A stretch of 64,000 nucleotides of DNA from SAR202 cluster bacterium. GTDB lineage: Bacteria; Chloroflexota; Dehalococcoidia; Lucifugimonadales; OSU-TB39. How positions within the stretch are numbered: position 1 is the stretch's first letter; the number at the start of each line of letters is the position of its first letter. The stretch spans positions 1,823-65,822 of the forward strand of contig VFGY01000030.1 in the NCBI GenBank assembly GCA_009392195.1. The letters run 5' to 3'. The notes below the pieces were generated by a model. It had not been told where the DNA came from. It saw only the letters and a list, made by a program, of their open reading frames with translations, and made no database searches. Below are positions 1-9,240 of this stretch, piece after piece. Position numbers and translations under genes: made by a program.

Positions 1-164
1 TTATATAAAATTTTTATAAAATATAACCTATTATTATCCACAACTCCATATTTATAGAATAATTTTAGTTCCAGACCTATTAAAAACTTGGCTGATAAGT
101 ATAATTATCACAACCAAAATCAATTGCTAAAATTTCATGAAATGGTTAGAGTTTGAATCATTAA

Positions 165-1418
165 GTGGGAACAAATTTTATGAATAAATTTCCTAATTAC
201 ATCAAACCCGAGTTATTTGAAACTAGGTATAAACACATTAAAAACTACCTAAAAGAAAATAATATTGGAGCGTTATTGGCTTATTCTACCCCTCCTGAAC
301 ACAAATGGGGGCTCACAGGACACGTTTCATATTTGTCAGGATGGGCGAATCATGACAGGATATCTGATGTTTTTGTTGTGGTTCCTGCTGAAGGAGAAGT
401 CTGCATGTTATTTGCGGGCCTACCTTATATGCGACAACAAATACAAGAAGTATCACATATCAAAGACCTAAGAATGGTACAAGCAGTTGACCCTAATGCT
501 GTAGCAGTTGATACAAAAAGTAAAACAAATATTAGTGTAATAAAATCGTTCGCGGAAGAAACCCTTTCAATATTAAAAGAGAATAAGATATCGAATAAAA
601 AAATTGCAGTTGTTGGCACCAATAACATGTCTATATCTATATACCAACACTTAAAAGAAAATTTTAAGGAAAATTTTGTAATACCTAATATAGATATAGT
701 TGCTGAGCTACGTTCAGTAAAATCACCAGAAGAAATAAAAATGATAAAACATGCGGCTCATTTAGGCGATATAGGATTCGAAACTTTACGATCTCAAGCT
801 AGACCTGGAATACACGGCATTGAACTTGTAGCAGAAATGGAAAAATCTGCAAGAGAATTGGGAGCAGACCACGCTAAATATTGGATGTCATCAGGCCCAC
901 CAACCACTTGGGAAGTATGTAACTTAGACATTAAACCACATCTACGTATATTAGAATCTGGAGATTTTATTAATGTGTGCTCCTATATAGTCTATAAAGG
1001 ATACTGGAGCCATGGTATGAGGATTGGGGTTTTGAATGGAGATATTCCTAAATACCATAGGGACATATTTAATATAGCAAAAAATGCCCAAGATGCGGGC
1101 TTGGACATTATCAAACCTGGTATCCAAGTAGGAAAGATAGCAAAAAGAATCCGAGAAAATGCCTCTCAGCATAATTGGTCATTAATGGGAGGTAGGGTAG
1201 GACATGGGTGCGGACTAGATTATAGCGAAAAACCGATCCCAGCTGAGAGTAATAAAGACCTTCTGCAAGAAAATAACACAATAATAGTACACTCAGCCTT
1301 TTCTCTACCAAATTCGGGGAAAATGTTCGTCCCGCTAGGAGATCAATTCCGAGTAACTAACAACGGGATTGAGTTTTTAATGGGATTCCCTAGGGAAATA
1401 GTCCAGTTAGGAAAATAG
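165..1418 (+). CDS. M24-fold hydrolase (Xaa-Pro peptidase/creatinase family) with non-canonical metal-ligand positions
   Basis: 417-aa ORF. GDFINVCSYIVYKGYWSHGMRIG and VGHGCGLDYSEKP align by eye with prolidase/PepP pita-bread motifs. GTG at 165; ATG at 180 is an alternative start. Confidence 0.75.
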   Translation: MGTNFMNKFPNYIKPELFETRYKHIKNYLKENNIGALLAYSTPPEHKWGLTGHVSYLSGWANHDRISDVFVVVPAEGEVCMLFAGLPYMRQQIQEVSHIKDLRMVQAVDPNAVAVDTKSKTNISVIKSFAEETLSILKENKISNKKIAVVGTNNMSISIYQHLKENFKENFVIPNIDIVAELRSVKSPEEIKMIKHAAHLGDIGFETLRSQARPGIHGIELVAEMEKSARELGADHAKYWMSSGPPTTWEVCNLDIKPHLRILESGDFINVCSYIVYKGYWSHGMRIGVLNGDIPKYHRDIFNIAKNAQDAGLDIIKPGIQVGKIAKRIRENASQHNWSLMGGRVGHGCGLDYSEKPIPAESNKDLLQENNTIIVHSAFSLPNSGKMFVPLGDQFRVTNNGIEFLMGFPREIVQLGK

Positions 1419-1419
1419 C

Positions 1420-2064
1420 TTAGGTATTTGAATTCCCTCTAATAGAAGGTTGGGCATTAGCAACTTGCCACATATACCATGAACCTATGCTTCTATATGG
1501 AATCCATTTATCGGTGACATTTTTTAATTCTTGATGCGTTGGTGAAACTCCATTGAAGTAAGTTAACTTAACACCTCTCATTAAGCCCGCATCTTTGGGT
1601 GAAAATATATCCATACGCTTAAGTGCAAAAAGCAAAAACATTTGCGCGGTCCAGTCACCTATACCTTTAATAGTCACAAGATCGCTTATGACTTCTTCAT
1701 CCGTTTTGTTAATCATATCTTGCAAAAATTCAGGATATTCTTTGATTCTCAATGCTAATCCTTTTGTATAATCACATTTTGCTTTAGACAATCCACAATT
1801 TCTTAACTCTTCATAAGGTGATGTAATGAACAAATCAGGTTTGAATTTTTCAGCTTTACCTAATTCATATAGTTTTCTTTTTATATTTTTTACTACTTGA
1901 ACAGATAATTGCTGAGAAATTATTGAATTAACTAAGCTATCAAATAAATTATTCTCTGGAATTAACGAATTCAATAAACTAGGTTTTCCATATAATTCGA
2001 TTAAATCCTGCATGATTTTGTCGTTATATATTAAATGTTTTTTAATTTTTCCCCAACACAGCAT
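1420..2064 (-). CDS. HhH-GPD DNA glycosylase (3-methyladenine DNA glycosylase II, AlkA-like)
   Basis: 214 aa. Helix-hairpin-helix region LVTIKGIGDWTAQMFLLFAL followed by FSPKDAGLMRGV (catalytic Asp context). AGGAGG lies upstream of ATG 2064. Confidence 0.75.
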   Translation of the reverse strand: MLCWGKIKKHLIYNDKIMQDLIELYGKPSLLNSLIPENNLFDSLVNSIISQQLSVQVVKNIKRKLYELGKAEKFKPDLFITSPYEELRNCGLSKAKCDYTKGLALRIKEYPEFLQDMINKTDEEVISDLVTIKGIGDWTAQMFLLFALKRMDIFSPKDAGLMRGVKLTYFNGVSPTHQELKNVTDKWIPYRSIGSWYMWQVANAQPSIRGNSNT

Positions 2065-2195
2065 AACCTAGATGTATTTTCCTCCTAATGAATAGTACCC
2101 TTCAGTATAAATTAAATTTTGCAAATTACTATGAGACATTTTAATATGAAACGATTTAATAAAATCAAATCATTAACGGAGATTAAATTCAACTA

Positions 2196-3824
2196 ATGAA
2201 TCCTAATAAAAATATCCCAGAAGAAAAAATATTCTTTTTCGATAATCATTCTATCGAATTCGTTCAAGATTTAAAAAGAGCGGTTGAAACACCAAATAAA
2301 TATAAAAAACCCGTCATAGCTAAAGATAAACCTTGGGAGAGATTACCTTACATAGCTAATTCTGTTTGGACAATAATAAAAGATTCACAAACTGGAGAAT
2401 TCCATTGCTGGTATGAAGATTGGGACGTAAATCCAATAGGTTTAGTTGATAGCAAAGCAGATATCCATGACCCATCAGTTGCTAGAAGCAGACTTTGTTA
2501 TGCTAAATCCAAAGATGGCGTCAAATGGGTCAAACCCGCATTAAACTTGTTTTTACATAAAGGGGAAAAAACAAACATCGTTTTAGGACCTTCTTTTGAA
2601 AATGACACTGATTTTGGAAGTATTCATTGCCCAAGCGTATTAGAAGACCCATTAGAAAAAAATCCATCTAAGAAATTCAAAATGATTTTTCAACACATAC
2701 TCCCTAATGACAGAGATGAATTTCTAATCCATGACAACGCAGGTCGGTTTGAAAACTTAGGTAGCCCTATGAGATTAGCTTTCTCTCCAGATGGCATTAA
2801 CTGGGAAATCGACCCTCAGATTTTAAACTTTGGTGGACTAGGACCAAAACTGGGTGATGTTGTAGTTATTTCTTTCGACCCAAAGTTCGGCAGATACGTA
2901 CTCAATACTCGCCATCCTGACGCATGGAAAATAGATTATGGGAACTTTTATCCCGACAACAAAAACTGGAGTATTCCTTATTTCCCAAACAATATCGCTC
3001 AAAACAACAAGCGAAGGGTATTCAGAACTTACAGTTACGATTTATTTAACTGGACAGAATTAACAGAGATACTAGCTGCAGACTCAACAAACGACAATCT
3101 AGACGATTCATTTTATTCAATGAGCTCTTGGATGATTTCATCAACAAGAGTAGAAACATCTTTACATCCATCCCGTGAACTTGATCTTTACGTAGGATTA
3201 GCTAATGTTTTTCATCAAGTCGACAATACTCTGGATGTGCAACTGGTATTCAGTCGAGATGGGCATAAATGGCACCGAACGAATAAACGCCAACCGTTTC
3301 TAGATAATGGCCCTTCAGAAAGTTGGGATCAATACCAAGTAGCAGTTCCTAGCACCCCTATAAAAAACGGCGATAAAATCATGATTTTTTATGGAGGTTC
3401 TAACACCCATCACGATTGGTGGATAACTGGACCAAGAGAGAATTTAGATACCCCGGAAGCAAAGGATACTTCATTAGTTTCTCATGGGATAGGAATAGCA
3501 GAGATTGACTACGATAGATACATTTGTCTTAAAGCAAACAATCTACGAGAGGGTATTTTAGTCACTAAACTATTACAAACAGCAAATAAACATTTGATTT
3601 TAAACGGACAATGTAATGAAGATGGTTACATAGCTATAGAAATTCTCAACGAAACCGGCGAAGTTATAAACGGATTCGGTAAAAATGACAGCGAGTTTTT
3701 TAAAGGAAACTCTATTGAACATGAATATCTATGGACCAAATCAAACAAACGAGATATACCGGAGTGGGTTGTTTTAAGGGTAATGCTTAAAAATTCTAAC
3801 CTCTACACTCTAAAGTGGGTGTGA
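2196..3824 (+). CDS. Beta-propeller glycoside-hydrolase-like protein (GH32/43/130-like fold), function unknown
   Basis: 542 aa. Repeated S/T-x-D-G-x-x-W blade motifs: AKSKDGVKW, FSPDGINW, FSRDGHKW. No firmer family assignment is possible by eye. Confidence 0.4.
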   Translation: MNPNKNIPEEKIFFFDNHSIEFVQDLKRAVETPNKYKKPVIAKDKPWERLPYIANSVWTIIKDSQTGEFHCWYEDWDVNPIGLVDSKADIHDPSVARSRLCYAKSKDGVKWVKPALNLFLHKGEKTNIVLGPSFENDTDFGSIHCPSVLEDPLEKNPSKKFKMIFQHILPNDRDEFLIHDNAGRFENLGSPMRLAFSPDGINWEIDPQILNFGGLGPKLGDVVVISFDPKFGRYVLNTRHPDAWKIDYGNFYPDNKNWSIPYFPNNIAQNNKRRVFRTYSYDLFNWTELTEILAADSTNDNLDDSFYSMSSWMISSTRVETSLHPSRELDLYVGLANVFHQVDNTLDVQLVFSRDGHKWHRTNKRQPFLDNGPSESWDQYQVAVPSTPIKNGDKIMIFYGGSNTHHDWWITGPRENLDTPEAKDTSLVSHGIGIAEIDYDRYICLKANNLREGILVTKLLQTANKHLILNGQCNEDGYIAIEILNETGEVINGFGKNDSEFFKGNSIEHEYLWTKSNKRDIPEWVVLRVMLKNSNLYTLKWV

Positions 3825-3883
3825 GTACTTTATCTTATTAAGATGGATAAAAAACGTGCATCAGGAAAAAGCAGGAGAAACAT

Positions 3884-4507
3884 TTGGAATTATTTGTATT
3901 TTTAATCTTGAGTCTAGCGGCTTATTTGAGCGGTTCACTTGTATGGGCGAAAATAATCACAAAATTTTATAAAAAAGATATAACTGAATTTGGAACAGGC
4001 AACCCTGGAGCTGCCAATTTTTCAAGAGAGTTTGGTGCAAAAGGTGCTATAGCAGTATTTGCTGGAGATTTATTTACTTCTTTTTCAGTTTTTACGATTT
4101 GTATATTTGCCACAACTAAATTTTCTAATTACGGCATAATTCATCAAATCATCTTTGCATGTTTGATATTATCAGGAACATTTTTCCCAATATTTTTTAG
4201 GTTCAAAGGTGGCACCGGACTAGCCAAATTCCTAGGTATATCTTGCGCAATCAATCCACTCAGTTTCATATTTATGTTTCCGTTCATACTAATTATCTTT
4301 TTCAAAACCCGTAACTTTGCACTATTAGGAACATTACTTGTGATTTTAATAACTTTATCTTCAAGCATTGCAAATTATAAATACAGTTTGTTCCCTTTAG
4401 AATATTCCTATCCCGACATGGATGGTTTATATACATTAATAGTATGCGGATTACTGGTATTTACGAAAGGGATGCATCAATATAACGGTCATTTGTTCTA
4501 CGATTAA
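3884..4507 (+). CDS. plsY: Glycerol-3-phosphate acyltransferase PlsY
   Basis: 207-aa polytopic membrane ORF. Motifs GTGNPGAANF and FKGGTGLAKF. TTG start preceded by AGGAGA. Confidence 0.8.
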   Translation: MELFVFLILSLAAYLSGSLVWAKIITKFYKKDITEFGTGNPGAANFSREFGAKGAIAVFAGDLFTSFSVFTICIFATTKFSNYGIIHQIIFACLILSGTFFPIFFRFKGGTGLAKFLGISCAINPLSFIFMFPFILIIFFKTRNFALLGTLLVILITLSSSIANYKYSLFPLEYSYPDMDGLYTLIVCGLLVFTKGMHQYNGHLFYD

Positions 4508-4529
4508 ACCAACGATATATATCGAAAAG

Positions 4530-5096
4530 TTATTTAATACAGTGATAAACAAATCCAGGTGGCAGATTATTCCATACAATCTTCGATCTTTCAACTTTTT
4601 TGAATTTACTGCTTATAGCTTTTTTAAACCGCATACCTGGAGGAAACATCAGTCCCTGTAACAGGGCTATGGTTAAAAACACCCCTCCAAGTTCTAAAGA
4701 ATCATATATTTCATTAAGTAAATCTATCTGAATATCTTCAGCAAGTGCACCCCAAGGCAATCCAGAAATTATGCAATCAGATTTATCTTGATTATGCTGC
4801 CTTAGATACTTTTTTATTTCTTTTGCCGATGCATGATAAACCGTGGCTTCAGGATTATTAGATTTAGTTTCTTTCACAAATTCATCATTTATTTCTAATG
4901 AGAAAAACTCACTTTTTTTAGGAATATTCTTCATTATTTCTTTAGTAAACACTCCAGTCCCTGGACCTAATTCGACAACGAATTTTTTTTCACTCAAATT
5001 TGCCATATCAACAATCAATTTTGATAATTTTTCAGAGGTAGGAGCAATAGCTCCCGTTTCTATGGGACTTTTAAATAGTTGGCTTAAAAAAATCAT
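4530..5096 (-). CDS. Class I SAM-dependent methyltransferase (phospholipid N-methyltransferase/RrnaAD-like)
   Basis: 188 aa. N-terminal FKSPIETGAIAPTS and SAM motif I VVELGPGTGVFT. Confidence 0.65.
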   Translation of the reverse strand: MIFLSQLFKSPIETGAIAPTSEKLSKLIVDMANLSEKKFVVELGPGTGVFTKEIMKNIPKKSEFFSLEINDEFVKETKSNNPEATVYHASAKEIKKYLRQHNQDKSDCIISGLPWGALAEDIQIDLLNEIYDSLELGGVFLTIALLQGLMFPPGMRFKKAISSKFKKVERSKIVWNNLPPGFVYHCIK

Positions 5097-5272
5097 ATAT
5101 ATTAAATATCTGTTTTGATATAAGAAAGTTTAACATAAGCTCTACAAAAAATATAAAGTGTAAACATGGAAAATATACCAATAGTAGTTATTTTAATTTT
5201 TGCGATATTTGTACTTTTTATCGTTCTCAGTCAATTCAAAGAAAAAGAAAAATAAACTACCATTTTTAAATT

Positions 5273-6322
5273 TCAATTGAATGTAAGAACGTTAGCAGGA
5301 TTCATTTTGGTAATGATGTCAACTTGGTCTTGAGTTAATCCTGCTGATAGCAATCTTGGAATCACATTATCTACCAAATGCGCATACCCATATCCACCAT
5401 ATTTTTGCAATAAATGTTTGCACGCAATATCTTGGCCTATAACAATCTGGTCCACAAAACCATCATCTACAAGCCTCTTAATATATCCAATCCTCATAGC
5501 ATCAGAAGGGAAATCCATTGAGCCATAAGAAAAATATGAGTTTTCCCATCCAAATTGGTCATATGACAAGTAACATCCTAAACGAGCTAATTCAATGACT
5601 AATTCAATATCAGAGTAAGTCCTACCAATATGACCCATTACTACACGACTAATATCAGCTCCAGCATCGCCTAGAATATCTATAATCTCAAATGGTGCTT
5701 GTACATCTCGCCCCGGATGAATCACTATAGATGCTCCTGTTTTACTTTGTGCAATTGCGCTAGCTCTTAAAATCTTTTTTTCATTTTTATTGAGAGGCCA
5801 AGAACAACCAATTTCTCCAATAAAACCGCTTTTTATCTCGGTATTTTGAGCACCATCTATAATATCTGAAACTATTTCGTCTGCGATATCATTCTCAGTC
5901 TTTTGCGCAACAGAAGCAGGGTGAGATGCTGCTATATAATAGCCGGACCCCATAACGATATTTGCACCCGACATTCTTGAAATCAAAGCAAGGGATTCTG
6001 GACTCCTTTGTATACCTACACTCGTAGTATCTACTATACTTTGTCCTCCAGCAGCCACGAACTTTTTCACTTCATCTATAGCTGTTTCTTCATCTTTCAA
6101 GCTTAAGTTTGTAAAGCTTCTGAAGGGATCATAACGCACCCATCCAAGATTTTGCATTGTAACGGGCTGATAAGATTTTGATATTCCTATTAAGTCATCT
6201 GGCTTCTGAAATACTACAGTAAAATCTATAATTAAGTGCTCATGCATAGATGTCACACCTAATTCATCTGGACTTATAAGACCTAAAACAGTCTGCACTT
6301 TCCCACTAAGAGTTTTACTCAT
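5273..6322 (-). CDS. Phosphotriesterase-related protein (PTER/Php family, amidohydrolase superfamily)
   Basis: 349 aa. TSMHEHLIIDF metal-binding His-x-His near the N-terminus, GEIGCSWP, IVIHPGR. SD AAGGTGA upstream. Paralogue of 24980..26035. Confidence 0.8.
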   Translation of the reverse strand: MSKTLSGKVQTVLGLISPDELGVTSMHEHLIIDFTVVFQKPDDLIGISKSYQPVTMQNLGWVRYDPFRSFTNLSLKDEETAIDEVKKFVAAGGQSIVDTTSVGIQRSPESLALISRMSGANIVMGSGYYIAASHPASVAQKTENDIADEIVSDIIDGAQNTEIKSGFIGEIGCSWPLNKNEKKILRASAIAQSKTGASIVIHPGRDVQAPFEIIDILGDAGADISRVVMGHIGRTYSDIELVIELARLGCYLSYDQFGWENSYFSYGSMDFPSDAMRIGYIKRLVDDGFVDQIVIGQDIACKHLLQKYGGYGYAHLVDNVIPRLLSAGLTQDQVDIITKMNPANVLTFN

Positions 6323-6390
6323 TACAAATCACCTTTTTATCAGCTATGTAATACAAATAAATGACTGCTTCACCCTTAATTCACTTGTGC

Positions 6391-7311
6391 TCAAGCTGGT
6401 GAACGAACCGACTCTCTTCTAAACATCTTCTTTATTAAACCTTTTTCCCATACCACCAAAACTTGCGTAGCTACCCCTATTGAGCTATAAGTACCAACAA
6501 TTACTCCAATCAATAAAACCCACAAAAATTCTCTAATTGTTTGGCCACCAAATAATATCAACGCTAATAGCGTAAACAGCAGGGTAAAACTTGTATTTAA
6601 AGACCTTCCAAGAGTTTCGAAAATACTAAAAGAAACATTATTGTCGAACTGTCGATTTGGATACAAAATAATATTTTCTCTCAATCTATCAAAAACAACA
6701 ATCGTATCGTTGACACTATAACCGATTATGGTTAGTACAGCTATCAAAAACATGCTATTTACTTCAATTTCCCAAAGATAACCTAAAATAGCAAATACAC
6801 CAATTACTATTACTACATCATGGATTAGCGCAACAATTGCAGCACACCCATACCGAATAGGACTCGGAACATTCCTAAATGCCCACCATAAATACAAAAA
6901 TATACCTATAGCAGCAGCAACAACAGCCCATATTGCAGCCCTAACTATCTCGTCTGCAACTAAAGGAGAAACTGTATCAAATGAGAGCAATTGAACTCCT
7001 GAAGGTGAAAGCGTTTGTTCTAAAGATTTGAGTAATCGAGCTTTATTTTCTTCATCCACAGTAACAGTTCGCAAAAAATAAACATTTTCTCCCATGCCCT
7101 GCACTACTGCATTAATGTATCCTTCCTGTTCAAGTATGGTTCTCAAATCCTCTTGGGTAACATCTTCACTAAACTGAAGCTGCATACTTGAGCCACCTGT
7201 AAAATCAATTCCGGTTCTTAATCCACCAGATATAATTAGAAAAATCACCCCTGGTATTATCATACTCAGTGAAATAATGAGAAACCAAATACGTTTTCGT
7301 AAAACTCCCAA
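6391..7311 (-). CDS. secF: Protein translocase subunit SecF
   Basis: 306 aa. GIDFTGGS motif, six-TM layout, directly downstream of secD. TTG start with AAGGGGA SD. Confidence 0.9.
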   Translation of the reverse strand: MGVLRKRIWFLIISLSMIIPGVIFLIISGGLRTGIDFTGGSSMQLQFSEDVTQEDLRTILEQEGYINAVVQGMGENVYFLRTVTVDEENKARLLKSLEQTLSPSGVQLLSFDTVSPLVADEIVRAAIWAVVAAAIGIFLYLWWAFRNVPSPIRYGCAAIVALIHDVVIVIGVFAILGYLWEIEVNSMFLIAVLTIIGYSVNDTIVVFDRLRENIILYPNRQFDNNVSFSIFETLGRSLNTSFTLLFTLLALILFGGQTIREFLWVLLIGVIVGTYSSIGVATQVLVVWEKGLIKKMFRRESVRSPA

Positions 7312-7341
7312 ATTTATCCCCTTTACAATCTAGTTATCATT

Positions 7342-9231
7342 TTAAGATGATGGTTTTCCCGTTGGTAAAAACAAAAAAGAAAATTTATTTAAAGAACTTA
7401 CTGCGATTATACGTAGTAAGGTACGACTCACGGTAATAGCTGTAAACAAACTGACTACCACACCTAATGCCAAGGTTGCTGCAAAACTCTGAACCATCGT
7501 CGCTCCAAGAGTATCCGCAAACCAGAATAATATTCCGCATGTAATCAAAGTGGAAACATTTCCATCCCTAATCGCTGGCCATGCCCTACTAAATCCAATA
7601 TTTATAGACGATAACAGAGTTCTACCTGCGTTAAGCTCTTCTTTCATCCGCTCAAATATAAGTATATTTGCATCTACAGCCATTCCTATTGAAAGAATAG
7701 TGGCCGCAACCCCAGACAATTCAAGTGTTACTCCTATCAACTTAAATAAAGCTAACAACAAAGTTGCGTATATTAATAACGCTAAACTAGCTATTAGCCC
7801 AGGTAGTCGATAATATAGCAGCATAAATAATAAAACTAACGCTAATCCGGTTAAACCTGCTATCAGGCTTTTGGCAAGTGAATCAGCTCCAAGTATCGCA
7901 TCAACATCACGCTCTTGTATTAATTCGATAGGGAAAGGCAGCCGGCCTGACTCTATAAGTAACGATAAATCTCTAACTCTGGTCATAGTAAAATCAGGCC
8001 CTTCAATAAAACCAACTCCAGCTGTAATCGGTGATTGCACCCTAGAAGATATTAACTCTTTGTCGTCTAATTCGATAACTAATAAATCACCGGTACTATA
8101 CATATCTGTTGTAACTTCACCGAATGTTTTAGCACCTTCAGAATTAAACTCTATATTTACAATTGGCAAACCAGTTGTTTGATGAGTACTTGGGTAAGCC
8201 CTTGACATATCTTTACCAGTCAATCCAACGGGATCATCTACTCTACCAACGATTTCTACAAAATTCAAAGAATCATATTTATCTTCCGTAAATAGTGAAC
8301 TTGCTAACTCAACATCAACACCTGCCGCGTTTAAATTCAAAGCAAATCTATTTGTTGAACCAATCCTTTTGACATACGGCTCACCACCCATAGATAACTT
8401 GGTTCCATTAGGTAAAATCGCGACCGGAGAGTATGATAACGTTACTGGAGTAGAAGTAGCTTTTGAATCAGTATTCAACACAGTAACTTCTATGTAGTTT
8501 GGATATATATCTCCACTACCTGGTACTATCTCGCCATCAATTTCTTGTTCTGTTCCAATAACCGGAGATAAACTAAGACGCATTCTTTCAATCATCTCAT
8601 CAAATTGCAAAGAGCCAGTTTCTGTGAATTCAATTATCAAAGCAGGTATTGCCTGTGAATCATCTATATTTTCAGATATTTGGGTTTCAGTCGATGTTGA
8701 ATTTTCACTAGTTTCTTCAGTACTATCAGTTTCATTAGCTTCTAGCGTATCTTCTGTCGAGGTAGTTCCACCAATAGTTTTAACTTCTATCGCTAACACC
8801 TGGTCTGAAATATTTAAAGATGCAGGAACATTCAATGTTCTCTTTTTATACTCAAGCTGGGCCGTCTCGCCTATAAGTGACTTGGCCCTATCTAAATCTT
8901 CCACACCAGGTAATTGAACCAAGAGTCTATTCTCTCCTAATTGCTGAATAGCAGGCCTACCTAAACCACTACGATTAATGCGTTCTTCAATACTACGTAT
9001 CAAAGCATTCATTTCATCTTTAGTTGGAGTGAACGGCTCTCCTGTTTGAGGATCTACAGCTTGGAACCTTAAGTCACTTCCTCCTTGAAGATCCAATCCA
9101 AGATTTAATCCAAGAATGGAGTCACTTCCAATAGTAAGATCTCTAATAGTTATAGTTTTGTTTAACAATATTGCAGACGCTACTGCAATTAAAACCACGA
9201 TAATTAATAAACTTCGTATATACCTACGCAC
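7342..9231 (-). CDS. secD: Protein translocase subunit SecD (large periplasmic domain with an acidic S/T/E-rich insert)
   Basis: 629 aa. LGLDLQGGS motif and C-terminal RND-like TM bundle (GMAVDANILIFERMKEE). GTG start with GAGGT SD. Confidence 0.9.
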   Translation of the reverse strand: MRRYIRSLLIIVVLIAVASAILLNKTITIRDLTIGSDSILGLNLGLDLQGGSDLRFQAVDPQTGEPFTPTKDEMNALIRSIEERINRSGLGRPAIQQLGENRLLVQLPGVEDLDRAKSLIGETAQLEYKKRTLNVPASLNISDQVLAIEVKTIGGTTSTEDTLEANETDSTEETSENSTSTETQISENIDDSQAIPALIIEFTETGSLQFDEMIERMRLSLSPVIGTEQEIDGEIVPGSGDIYPNYIEVTVLNTDSKATSTPVTLSYSPVAILPNGTKLSMGGEPYVKRIGSTNRFALNLNAAGVDVELASSLFTEDKYDSLNFVEIVGRVDDPVGLTGKDMSRAYPSTHQTTGLPIVNIEFNSEGAKTFGEVTTDMYSTGDLLVIELDDKELISSRVQSPITAGVGFIEGPDFTMTRVRDLSLLIESGRLPFPIELIQERDVDAILGADSLAKSLIAGLTGLALVLLFMLLYYRLPGLIASLALLIYATLLLALFKLIGVTLELSGVAATILSIGMAVDANILIFERMKEELNAGRTLLSSINIGFSRAWPAIRDGNVSTLITCGILFWFADTLGATMVQSFAATLALGVVVSLFTAITVSRTLLRIIAVSSLNKFSFLFLPTGKPSS

Positions 9232-9240
9232 TAACTAACC

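Noticed and set aside
34-42. Perfect DnaA-box consensus TTATCCACA in the AT-rich region at the window start (possible oriC edge)
   Set aside because: It is a single box. The nearby TTATCACAA has three mismatches. No dnaA/dnaN is nearby. My rough base-composition estimate is that about one chance occurrence of this 9-mer is expected in a window this size on both strands.
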